From Candidatus Poribacteria bacterium (GTDB lineage Bacteria; Poribacteria; WGA-4E; PCPOR2b), in assembly GCA_965218095.1 (NCBI GenBank), contig OZ244587.1, positions 3,584,001-3,648,000 on the forward strand: a stretch of DNA of 64,000 nt, in the 5' to 3' direction. The position numbers and the translations under genes are program-made. This document shows positions 31,899 through 42,600 of this stretch, in pieces; within the stretch, counting starts at the first letter, position 1, and each line of letters starts with the position of its first letter. The notes beneath the pieces are model-generated. The model searched no databases, was not told where the DNA came from, and saw only the letters and a program-made list of their open reading frames with translations.

Positions 31899-33161
31899 TG
31901 AAGTGCCAACGGTAATTAGACCACAAATAAGCAAAGTTAAACCAAGTGTTGTTGCTCAAATTCAACCGGCGTCAAATACCCTAACACCGAGTGAGGTCTT
32001 TTCTGGTTATAAACTTGTACAATAAAATGCCCGATTCGCGCTCTGGCATCCATTATATCATCGTAGCCATTGAGATACACTTCTTCCTCCTTGAGGGTTC
32101 TTATCAGTCTTTCGGCGTAGCCGTTCTCCCACGGACACCCCCGATGGGCTAAGGAGATGTCAATCCCATGACCGATGAGAGTGGAAATATAAGCTGTCGA
32201 AAGATACTGAACTCCCTGGTCGCTAGGGTGAATCTCTGGAGCGCTTTGGCTTAATGCCTGTTGCAACGGTCTCAATGTGAGAGGTTGTGTCAACTGCCGA
32301 CTCAGTTGCCAGCCTCTTCCCATTCGAGTCAATACATCGATTAACACCGAAACATAGATGAATTGCCCCCCCGATAAGATCGGGATTCAAAGCAACTTGA
32401 GTCGGACATAGGTCATATCACCGACCCAAACCTGATTGCTTCGACAGATGTCAAGATTCTCAACCCGATTGACCGATTGACCAACACAGTCAAACGATTG
32501 GGTGGTTTGACAGACACGTTTTACAGCAACCGACAGATTGTCTGCTTTCATCAGTCGGGCGACGCGTCGGTAACCGACCGTGTATCCCATACGCAACAGC
32601 AGCTGAGCTGGGTGATACGTCTATAGCCATATCTCGGGGCAGATAGTTTCTCAATTTCACCCCGTAGCACTTGTTCAAAGGGGTCATGCTTTTGTTGATA
32701 ATAGAGACTGCTCCGATTGAAGCCGAGTGTATCACAAATGCGTCGAACCGAGTAATCCGTGTGCAAAGCCTCAACCATCTGTTGCTTTTGAGACCGATTC
32801 AAGTCAGCCAAGTGGAGGCTTTTTTTGGATGTCTAACACCATGGTCAATCTGCCAACGAGTTGCTCCAGTTGAGCAATCCGCTCGATATAGTCGTTGGAT
32901 TACTTGTCAGTGGATTCAAAGAGAGTTGCTACGTTGTCAAGGAGTTGGTGTTTCCACTTTGATAGCTGTTCTTCGCTGAGGTTGTGTCGCCGACGGAGTT
33001 GAGCTTGTGAACTTTGACCGGTAAGTGCTTCGATAACGATTTCCGCCTTAAATTGGGGTGTGAATCTTCTTCTTTTTCCCATCGGAATCTCCTTTCCATC
33101 TGATTGTCATTGTATCACAATCTTGGTTTAGACAATGGGCTAAATTTCCGATGGCAGTACA
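31899..33161 (-). mobile_element. IS3-family element, inactivated
   Basis: TG...CA ends with imperfect IRs (tgaagtgccaacgg / ccgatggcagtaca); orfA HTH with internal stop; A7G slip site near 32820; orfB YGYRR, WVGDMTY, HPSDQG, ENGYAER, RPHSVLGY broken by small insertions. Confidence 0.9.
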
Positions 33162-33532
33162 GGCTCTTCAAATCGGCGGCAGTTATCGCAACAGCAATTA
33201 TCACATTTCTTGTCTTATCCATCATCAATTGATGATTCACTACACAGACATGTCCCTGCCGCTGAACACTTCCGGATCTGTTTGCCATTCAAGTTTGCAG
33301 ACGCTGAAGCGGGGCCTGCATGCGTGATTGTGTAGCGGCAAAGATTTAATCGAATTAATATGTTCAATCGAATTTTAGTCCGATGGTGAGTTGTCCTCAT
33401 TGCGGAGAGAGCTACTTTACAGCGGATACACTTCATGAGATTGAGCATATCAAGCTCCACCACAGGAGTTTTGCTGTTGAACGTTTGGTGCCAGTAGCCA
33501 AGTTTGCATAGGGAATTTCTCCATGAAAAGAT

Positions 33533-34291
33533 ATGCAAGATAAAACCGTCGGGCGAAATTCAGTTTTGGAACTTTTACGCCGTGGTAACCGCGAAATAGA
33601 GCGAATTCTTATCGCACAAGGAAACAACCATCCACGCCTCCGCCAAATCCGGATCATCGCTCAGAAAAGCGGCATCCGATGTGATTTAACACCGCGTCGA
33701 GAATTAGATCAGCTTGAAACTGGCGTCCCCCATCAAGGGGTCATCGCCATCGTCAGTCCCACGAATTACATTGACCTGCCAACTCTAATTGAGCACGCAC
33801 AAAGTTCGGATCATCCGCCACTTATGATCATGCTCGATCAGGTCCAAGATCCACGGAACCTCGGCGCGATTATTCGAACGGCTGATGCCGTCAATGCCGA
33901 CGGGCTGATCCTACCGAAGGATAGGGCTGCTGGTCTCACAACGGCTGCACACAAAACATCAGCAGGAAGTTCTGAGCACCTGCCGATCGCGCAAGTGACA
34001 AACCTTGCCCGAACAATTGAAACCCTCAAGAAAGCTAGCATCTGGGTTATCGGTGCGGATCAGGAGGCCCCAACACTTTATACGGCGGCAGACTTAACCC
34101 CGCCCATCTGCCTCGTCCTCGGCAATGAAGCGGAGGGGCTTCGCCGTCTCGTTAAGGAAAAATGCGATCTGCTCGTCCATCTGCCGCTGTTCGGTCACAT
34201 TCCATCGCTCAATGTTTCAGTCGCGGCGGGCGTCCTGTTGTACGAAGTCATTCGTCAAAGGAGTAGTGAGAAACGGGTAATTGAGAAGTAG
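33533..34291 (+). CDS. rlmB: 23S rRNA (Gm2251) 2'-O-methyltransferase
   Basis: HQGV, LDQVQDPRNLGAIIRTA, LGNEAEGL, SLNVSVAAG. Confidence 0.93.
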   Translation: MQDKTVGRNSVLELLRRGNREIERILIAQGNNHPRLRQIRIIAQKSGIRCDLTPRRELDQLETGVPHQGVIAIVSPTNYIDLPTLIEHAQSSDHPPLMIMLDQVQDPRNLGAIIRTADAVNADGLILPKDRAAGLTTAAHKTSAGSSEHLPIAQVTNLARTIETLKKASIWVIGADQEAPTLYTAADLTPPICLVLGNEAEGLRRLVKEKCDLLVHLPLFGHIPSLNVSVAAGVLLYEVIRQRSSEKRVIEK

Positions 34292-34329
34292 AGCGTGCCG
34301 TGCTCGTCCGAGAATCGGACATGTTCTAC

Positions 34330-35034
34330 TCAGATTACCCCCTCCTCCTTCATACTGATATAGCACCCGTCTCCAATGATAACGTGATCTAGCACAGGAA
34401 TCTGGATCAAATCTCCCGCCTCGATTAACTGTTTCGTCGCATGAATATCCTCTTTGCTCGGTTCCGGATCGCCGGACGGGTGGTTATGAACAAGGATAAT
34501 TGATGCCGCTGCCTCCTCGATAGCAAACCGAAAAACTTCACGAGGATGGATAATGCTTGCATTTAAACTGCCTTCAAAGATCCGGCGTTGTTTGAGGACA
34601 CTGTTTTTCGTATTGAGGCAGAGGACATACAAGACTTCTTTCTGAAGGTCTCGCATGGAGGACATTACGATCCGGGCGACGTCGGCGGGAGAGCCAATCT
34701 GCGGTTTTTCTTCCAAAAACGCCGCCATCCGCCTCCCCAACTCAAAAGTTGCCATGATTTGTCCCGCTTTTACTTGTCCTAGTCCTTTGATGCCTTCTGC
34801 GATCTGTACCTCGTTATCACTTGCGAGCCGCTTCAAATTGCCGTCATACTTTTGAAGGAGTTGCTCCCCCACCTGCACCGCTGTTGCATTCCCCGTTCCC
34901 GTCCGAATAATAATCGCAATCAATTCCGAAGTTTTGAGGATCTGTGGCCCATATTTGTAAAGCCTCTCGAGCGGACGCTCATCTTCGGGAAGATCTTTAA
35001 TCCGAACGCGGTATTCTGTCGTCTCCATCTTCAC
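34330..35034 (-). CDS. radC: RadC (JAB domain) protein
   Basis: DLPEDERP.ERL, HPREVF, HNHPSGDPEPS.ED, LDHVIIG. Confidence 0.95.
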   Translation of the reverse strand: MKMETTEYRVRIKDLPEDERPLERLYKYGPQILKTSELIAIIIRTGTGNATAVQVGEQLLQKYDGNLKRLASDNEVQIAEGIKGLGQVKAGQIMATFELGRRMAAFLEEKPQIGSPADVARIVMSSMRDLQKEVLYVLCLNTKNSVLKQRRIFEGSLNASIIHPREVFRFAIEEAAASIILVHNHPSGDPEPSKEDIHATKQLIEAGDLIQIPVLDHVIIGDGCYISMKEEGVI

Positions 35035-35047
35035 ATCCTTATTGATT

Positions 35048-35140
35048 TAGGAGTTACGAAGTTGATCTCACCCATTTATGATTCATTCCGATGGATCGGA
35101 ATAGGGCGTGACTTGCTCAATATGAAGTGCGTAACTCCTA
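35048..35140. mobile_element. MITE-like element
   Basis: IR taggagttacg / cgtaactccta; internal hairpin ttccgatggatcggaa. Confidence 0.65.
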
Positions 35141-35144
35141 GTAT

Positions 35145-35280
35145 AACGTGAGTTCGACGTAAGAATTCTGCGCTCGTCCGATGGGATCGGACGAGCGCGG
35201 GGAAGCGAGGGAGCAAGAAAGAGCGCCCCTCACACACTCCCGTCCATGTGTGGCCTACATCCTTATATCGAACTCACGTT
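35145..35280. mobile_element. MITE-like element adjacent to the previous one
   Basis: IR aacgtgagttcgacgtaag / cttatatcgaactcacgtt; internal hairpin cgctcgtccgatgggatcggacgagcg. Confidence 0.7.
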
Positions 35281-35660
35281 GGTATAAGTACTTAGATTTC
35301 GCGCAAAAAACAAAATATCTGGCGCTTTTATCCGGAGACCGGAACCACCAGTGAATCTGCGGATTATCTCTTAATCTCATACAAAGTCAAGTTGCTTATA
35401 GTGTAGAATATGAATTTTTGAAATTCAAGAGAAAATCTGCAAGGCACAGCGCATTTTTCATCCCAATCGGAGATCGATGGTGTCGCAGGACGCGGCAAAG
35501 TTACGTTCTACCTGACTCCGACGGAAAACCCGAGATTTCGATAGACTTTTCACATCGGCTATGTTAAGATATTATACTGATAATTATTGAGATCTTCTGC
35601 AAATAATACTTCGTGTCGCTTGAAGGTAAGACCAGAATAGAAAGGCAAGTTGCAATAAAT

Positions 35661-38651
35661 ATGAACGATTCCCACAATGAACTTCAACAGGTATTAATAA
35701 AAGAGATTGCAGGCGAGGTGCGCTTCGATCAGTATTCCAAAGTTTTATACAGCACAGACGCCAGCCTCTACCAGATTGAGCCAATCGGTGTCGTCATCCC
35801 ACGACATAAAGAAGACGTAATCAAGACCATCCAGATCGCTTATGACCGTAACCTGCCGATTCTGCCACGCGGCGGCGGAACGAGTCTGGCGGGACAAACG
35901 GTCGGCCAGGCGATTGTCATTGACATGTCGAAATACATGAACGAGATCATCAAGGTCAACGTCGAAGAACAGTGGGTGCGGGTGCAGCCGGGGGTTGTCC
36001 TTGATGAATTGAATCACCACCTCAAGCCGCATAACCTGATGTATGCGCCTGATGTGTCAACGAGCAGCCGGGCAAACGTCGGCGGCACAATCGGCAGCAA
36101 CTCTGCGGGGGCACATTCGCTCATCTACGGAAAGACCATCGATCATGTGATGTCGCTAGAGCTGCTGCTCTCCGATGGCGAGCCGATTACTGTTGAACCG
36201 ATCTCCCTTGATGAACTTGAAGCCAAAAAGCAGGGCGACACCTGTCAAAGCCATATCTACCGAGAGATCTGCCGCATTGCGGGGGAGAACGCCGACGAGA
36301 TTCGGAAACGCTTTCCGCGTGTGATGCGTCGCGTTGCGGGGTACAACCTTGATGAGTACGTCACCGATGCAGGCCCAAAAAATCTGACGCCGTACCGGAG
36401 AGATGGCTGCGACGCCGGGCACCCGTTCAGCCTTACAAAAATCATGGTTGGATCGGAGGGAACACTCGCAACGACGGTTGAAGCGAAGATCAATCTTGTG
36501 CCGACCCCTAAGATGACCGCGCTGAACGTGATCCATTTTCGCACGCTGATCGAGTCGATGGAAGCGGTGCAGCCGATTCTCGAATGCAAACCAACCGCCG
36601 TTGAACTGATTGACAAAACCATCCTCGACATGACGAAGGAATCATTGGAGTTTTCTCGCCTCCGCACCTTTGTCCAAGGCGATCCGGGCGCGATTCTCGC
36701 GGTTGAGTTCTATGGTGAATCGGAGTCGGAATTACTGGATCAGCTTGATGCCCTCGAACGGAAAATGGAGTCGGTTGGGTTCGGCTACGCATTCGTGCGT
36801 TGCATGGCGGCAGAGGAAAAAGCGCAGGTGTGGGAGACGCGGAAGGCAGGACTTGGCTTGCTCATGGGTACAAGGAGTGATTATAAACCGGTCGGATTTG
36901 TTGAGGACGCAGCAGTTTCAATTGAAAACCTGCCGGAGTATGTCCGTCGCTTCGGGAAGATTGTCGCAGACCATGACACGACGGCTGCCTACTACGCGCA
37001 TGCTAGCGTCGGGCTGTTGCATAACCGCCCCGTGATCAATGTCAAGAAGGAAGAGGATATTCAGAAGATGCACTCTATCGCGCGGAACGTCCGTGATCTA
37101 CTGATGGAACTCGGCGGGGCGATGAGTGGTGAGCACGGAGACGGACTTGTGCGGAGTGAATGGATCGAGAGCATGTTCGGACCGCAGATCTATCGGGCGT
37201 TCCGCGAAGTCAAAAAAGCGTTTGATCCAACAGGCATCATGAACCCCGGCAAGATCATTGACCCGCCACCGATGACAGAGAATCTGCGTTTCGGTCCCAA
37301 ATACAACACAATTAAGATCGACACCTATTTCGACTTTTCCAGTCAAGGCGGATTCGGCGGCGCAATCGAGATGTGCAACGGCGTTGGCGCATGCCGCAAA
37401 AAGCTGACCGGGACGATGTGCCCCTCCTACATGGTGACGATGGAAGAGGAGCACTCAACGCGGGGCCGCGCAAATGCGCTGAGAAACGTCCTTTCAGGCA
37501 CGCTGCCGCATGATCATTTCAAGAATAAACGGCTCTATGAAGTGTTAGACCTCTGTTTGGAGTGTAAAGCCTGCAAAGCGGAGTGCCCCTCCAACGTAGA
37601 CATGGCGAAGCTCAAGTACGAATTTCTCGCTCACTATTACAGGGAACACGGTTTGCCCTTACGGAATCGGCTATTCGGCAATATCGCTGAACTTAGTGAA
37701 ATTGGATCGGCGTTTGCCCCGGTCTCGAATTGGTTTATGAACAACGGAATCTCCAAATGGGCGATGGAAAAATTAGTTGGAATCGATCGACGGAGATCGC
37801 TGCCGAACTTTGTGCGGGAGACCTTCGAGAAATGGTTTGAGAAACACCAAAAAGCTCGTCGAGCCTTCCCCCGCCTAGCGGGGTCAAGTAGCCCCGATCC
37901 AAGGATCGGGACGTATCGAGACCAAGCGCGTCAAGTAGTCCTGTTCCACGACACCTTCACGAACTACAACTACCCAAGCATCGGGAAGGCAGCGGTTGCT
38001 GTGCTTGAGGCGGCGGGGTTTGAAGTTATCCTGCCGAACAAAAAGTGCTGCGGCCGTCCAATGATCTCTAAGGGCATGCTTGAAGGTGCGATCGAGAATG
38101 CGCGATACAACGTCGAACACCTTCTGCCCTACGCCGCAGAGGGCATCCCAACCGTCGGCTGTGAACCGAGTTGCCTCCTGGCGTTACGCGATGACTACGT
38201 AGATCTGATACCCGGTGAGGATACGAGCCTCGTGGCAAAACACGCATTCATGATCGAAGAATTCCTGCTGTCCCTCCACGAAAAAGGGGAATTGGATCTG
38301 GACTTTACGGACACAAAAAAGGAGATCTTGCTGCACGGACATTGTCATCAGAAGGCAATTGTCGGGGTAAAATCCTCTGAGCAAGTCCTGAGTTTGCCGA
38401 TGGGGTACAACGTTAATGTCGTTGATTCAGGCTGCTGTGGCATGGCAGGCTCATTCGGCTACGAAGCCGAACACTACGACGTATCCATGAAGATTGGCGG
38501 CCGCCAGCTCTTCAAAGCAATTAATGAAAATCGAGGCGATTTTGAAATCGCTGTCGCAGGAATCTCCTGCCGCGAGCAGGTCAAACAGGGAACGGGCAAG
38601 GAAGCAAGGCATCTGATTGAGACGTTGGCGGATGCAGTGCGTAAAACGTAA
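35661..38651 (+). CDS. FAD-binding, Fe-S oxidoreductase (YdiJ / GlcD-GlcF fusion type)
   Basis: YSTDASLY, RGGGTSLAGQ, GSEGTL, SGEHGDG, CNGVGAC, CLECKACKAECP, two CCG motifs. Confidence 0.93.
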   Translation: MNDSHNELQQVLIKEIAGEVRFDQYSKVLYSTDASLYQIEPIGVVIPRHKEDVIKTIQIAYDRNLPILPRGGGTSLAGQTVGQAIVIDMSKYMNEIIKVNVEEQWVRVQPGVVLDELNHHLKPHNLMYAPDVSTSSRANVGGTIGSNSAGAHSLIYGKTIDHVMSLELLLSDGEPITVEPISLDELEAKKQGDTCQSHIYREICRIAGENADEIRKRFPRVMRRVAGYNLDEYVTDAGPKNLTPYRRDGCDAGHPFSLTKIMVGSEGTLATTVEAKINLVPTPKMTALNVIHFRTLIESMEAVQPILECKPTAVELIDKTILDMTKESLEFSRLRTFVQGDPGAILAVEFYGESESELLDQLDALERKMESVGFGYAFVRCMAAEEKAQVWETRKAGLGLLMGTRSDYKPVGFVEDAAVSIENLPEYVRRFGKIVADHDTTAAYYAHASVGLLHNRPVINVKKEEDIQKMHSIARNVRDLLMELGGAMSGEHGDGLVRSEWIESMFGPQIYRAFREVKKAFDPTGIMNPGKIIDPPPMTENLRFGPKYNTIKIDTYFDFSSQGGFGGAIEMCNGVGACRKKLTGTMCPSYMVTMEEEHSTRGRANALRNVLSGTLPHDHFKNKRLYEVLDLCLECKACKAECPSNVDMAKLKYEFLAHYYREHGLPLRNRLFGNIAELSEIGSAFAPVSNWFMNNGISKWAMEKLVGIDRRRSLPNFVRETFEKWFEKHQKARRAFPRLAGSSSPDPRIGTYRDQARQVVLFHDTFTNYNYPSIGKAAVAVLEAAGFEVILPNKKCCGRPMISKGMLEGAIENARYNVEHLLPYAAEGIPTVGCEPSCLLALRDDYVDLIPGEDTSLVAKHAFMIEEFLLSLHEKGELDLDFTDTKKEILLHGHCHQKAIVGVKSSEQVLSLPMGYNVNVVDSGCCGMAGSFGYEAEHYDVSMKIGGRQLFKAINENRGDFEIAVAGISCREQVKQGTGKEARHLIETLADAVRKT

Positions 38652-38762
38652 TGCGAGAAAAATAGAAAATCTGGCGGCAATCAAGCAATCAGACAAATAC
38701 ACCATTTGCTTATTTAACCTTTGCTCTGATGCGATTGGCGTTCTGCAAAAGAACAAAAATTT

Positions 38763-39153
38763 ATGTCGGAAAACGCTACGTTGACATCGAAGGAAACGTT
38801 GAATACCCTCAGGACCTCAGCACTCTTCGGTCATTTGCCTGATGCAGTGCCGGTGCCCTTACATGACAGAATGGAGTTACTCCAATTGCCCACTGGGAGG
38901 ACGCTTTTCAACGACCGGCGATGGGCTTTACCTCGTCGTCGAAGGCGTGCTCGAAATCCTCTCAGACGACGTCCAACTCGCACTGAGAGGCCCGAGGGAA
39001 TACGTGGGAGAATTGGCGTTGTTGGACGGTTCGCCGCGTAGCGCCACTATCCGGGCAAAAACCAATGTCCGTCTGCTGAAACTCCATCGGGATGACTTTC
39101 ACCGAATATTGTCACCATTGAAGACAAGGAAAAACTGTGAGATCTCAATATAG
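38763..39153 (+). pseudogene. Cyclic-nucleotide-binding domain protein, frameshifted
   Basis: LRTSALFGHL in one frame; GDGLYLVVEG...GELALLDGSPRSATIRA in another. Confidence 0.75.
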
Positions 39154-39167
39154 GTGGTGAACTGACT

Positions 39168-39439
39168 ATGGGGGTTCGAGACGAAAAGGAAAAAGTGATT
39201 TCAAGTGATGCACAGTTTTTGGCCGAAGTCGCTGCATTTGAGCGTTTAAGAAAAGCTTGGAAACCGAATACTGGGGGAAATTCATCGGCATCGTTGGAGG
39301 CAAAGTCGTGGATGCTGACGTTGACGAAACCCAGCTCGTTATGCGGATTTATCAAAAATTTGGTTATGTGCCTGTGTACGTGCGACAGATAGGCGCCGAA
39401 CTTCCTGTCGACGAGATTCCAAGTCCTGAAGGTCCGTAA
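39168..39439 (+). pseudogene. DUF5678-like small protein, frameshifted near 39255
   Basis: FLAEVAAFERLRK then LETEYWGKFIGIVGGKVVDAD...GYVPVYVRQI in the next frame. Confidence 0.6.
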
Positions 39440-39639
39440 AAAATGCCCCGATTTGCTTATAATTGCCAGTATCAACCTCTCGCTCCAACGTTTCCTGTTC
39501 AGGTCTCCCAAAAAACGCATTGCAGCTTAACGGATAGAACACGGATTCGATAGGGCTTCACGGATTCACTCTCGCCAGATCTACGAAATCCTAATCGATC
39601 TGCAGTTCTAAATATCGTTCACAAGGAGGACGTGCCAAC

Positions 39640-42600
39640 TTGAGTCATAGATCTATTCTTGTTACTCTGCATCTCTTTACCCTTGTATCATGGATCTGTA
39701 TTCTGATCTATCCCCCATCAACAGCTATCGGCGCACAGAATGAATCTCGCCTCTCAACTAACGATATCCCCAAATTTGCGCCCGGAGAACTCCTCATTCG
39801 CGTAACGCCCAGGGCACAGGCGGACTTAGAGCGTCTGCATGCCGAAGCGCCGTTACAAAAACTCCACAATCAGATGGGGGTTCGGTCCATCTACCGTGTC
39901 TTTCGTCACATTGCCCATCCCGAATCCAATCCGAATCTCGAACGTATTTATCTCCTGCGTTTTCAGATTCCCACTGACCTGCACGCCTTGAAAGCCGCCT
40001 ACGCCGCGCATCCGTTAATCGAGGTGGCGGAATTCAACTATCTTCGTCAAACACAAGTCACGCAAAGCGGGATTCCGCAAGGCGGAACCGCCGAAATTAT
40101 TCCTGACGACCCACGCTTCGAGGATCAGTGGAATCTGTCGCTTATCAACATGCCCCGCGCATGGGAGTTCGAGAAGGGCGATCCGGACGTGATCATCGCA
40201 ATCGTGGATACGGGTTTTGATTATACACATGAAGATCTTGCCTCGAAGACGTGGGTCAACGTCGACGAGATTCCTGACAACGGGATAGATGACGACAACA
40301 ACGGCTACATCGACGATGTGCGGGGCTGGGATTTCTCTAAGGCTCCAAATGGCGATGGAAACAGTGATTTCCAGAATGGCGATAACGATCCGATAGATGA
40401 ATCCGGACACGGTACGCATGTCGCTGGAATTGCCGGTGCTGCGGTAGACAATGGCGTCGGGGTTGCTGGAATTGCATGGAAGTGTACGTTGATGCCGATT
40501 CGCGGTGCCGGCACCGAGGGAATACAGGACGATGATTCTTCTGCCGCAATTGTCTATGCTGTGGACAACGACGCAAGGGTTATCAACATAAGTTGGGGGA
40601 GCAGTCGGCGTTCGTTCGTGATTCGGGATGTAGTTGATTATGCCTACGCACGGGGTGTCCTCATGGTCGCCGCAGCAGGAAATGCATCCGAGGATGAGGC
40701 ATCTTTCCCCGCTGGCTATCGCGAGGTAATTGCTGTCGCCGCAACTGAGCAACACAAGCGAAAGTTTTACCAATCCAACTTTGGTGCGTCCATCGACATC
40801 GGTGCGCCAGGTAATGTAATTTTAAGCACGCAGATTAATAACAGATACCGCCTCCTCTCCGGCACATCGATGGCAACAGCACATGTATCAGGTGTTGCCG
40901 GGCTGATTATATCGAAACGCCCGAGCCTGACGCATGAGGAAGTCCGGCAGATTCTCATTTCTACCGCGGATGTGATTACGGAAAGTCCGGAACTTGTTGG
41001 CGCCGGACATCTGAACGCGGAACGAGCCTTGATGGCAAGTAGTTCATTACAGGCGCGTATTCTTTCGCCAGAAACGAACAGCGGTGGCTCAAACGAAATC
41101 GAGATTATCGGCACTGCTGGTGGATTCAAATTTGATACATGGCGCCTGCTTTATGGGGCATCGACTGTGCCGGGGACATTACAGCCTATCAACACACCAG
41201 GTCGCCGGCAAAAGGTGAACGAGACACTGCTCGTTTGGGATACCTCCCGCGTACCAGAAGGAATTTACACCATCCGCCTTGAAGTCAGTGGAGTGGACGA
41301 AAAAGTTATGCATGATGAAGTTGTTGTATCCGTGGATCGGACGCCGCCCCAGGTTCGGAATGTAAAGGTGCAGAATCAGATCTCAGGGGGCAGTTTCGCC
41401 ACCGTCCTCACCTGGTCAACGGATGACTTCACGATCAACACATTGAGTCAGCGAGCGCGTGAAGGGCTTGCCCCGTTCACACCGATTGAGGAAAGTTCGG
41501 CGAGCCGGGAACATATCTTCTCACTCTCGGTTGATACAGGCAGTTACGATTTATTCATCACCTCGCGTAACGTTGCAGGGTTGGAGACAGTCGATGACAA
41601 TGGCGGAAAGTTCTACCGGGCGGAGGTTATCAGCGGATCGATTTCACCGAATGGATTTGTCAGCGCAAACGATCTGTCCGCCTTACCTCCGATGCATATT
41701 GCCACCGTCGCCGCCGATTTTGATCGCGACGGTCAACTTGAAATTGTCGGAACCCCGTTGTCCGACGATGCTGCTGCGGGAATCGAAATCTACGAAAGAA
41801 CCGCATCGGGCGCATATCAACTCCGGCACACTGGAACTATGGCTTTTAAGCCATCGGCGGTTGATGATACTGATGGCGATGGATTGCTAGAGATTTTGGG
41901 CAGCACGAGAGAACGTGTCTTCCTCATCGAAAGTGTGACACGAAACGGCTATCCAGAAAAGATAATCTGGGAATCGTCGTTTATCGCGTCGGGACAGATT
42001 GCAGACCTCGACGGTGATGGACGGAAGGAGATTGTCGGACCTGACAACTTCAACGACAGGATTCGCATCTTTGAAAATCGCGGAAACGATATATACGATG
42101 AGGTGCTCGTCATCAAGAATGAGACAGCAGGCTCAAACGTCTTCGGGAAACAATTTGCCATTGGCGATTTCGATGGAAACGGGGTAGTGGAGTTGATGGT
42201 GGGAAATAGCGAGGGCGAGCTCTTCACCTACGAGTCGGTCGGGGACGACCTGCTGATCGAAACGTGGCGTGCGAAGATTGATCTCGAAAATGCGCATCAG
42301 CTTGCGGCGGGCGATCTCACCGGTGATGGGATTCCTGAATTCGTCGTCGGAGGCACTGTGTCAGAAGAAGATCTGCCTTCGCTGGCGCCATATTGGGAAT
42401 ACAGCGTCTTTACCGCTTTCCCGCCAACCGGCACTTTACCCCAAACCGGGCGAAATGGCGTCTCATCCTTCAAATCAATATGGTCGCAGGAAATTGCGCC
42501 ATTTCGCTCAAAAGGGAACAGCGTCGCAATCGCTGATGTCGATGGCGATTTGCAGAATGAACTAGTGATTCTTGCCAACCCAAGCGTTTACGTCTTCGAG

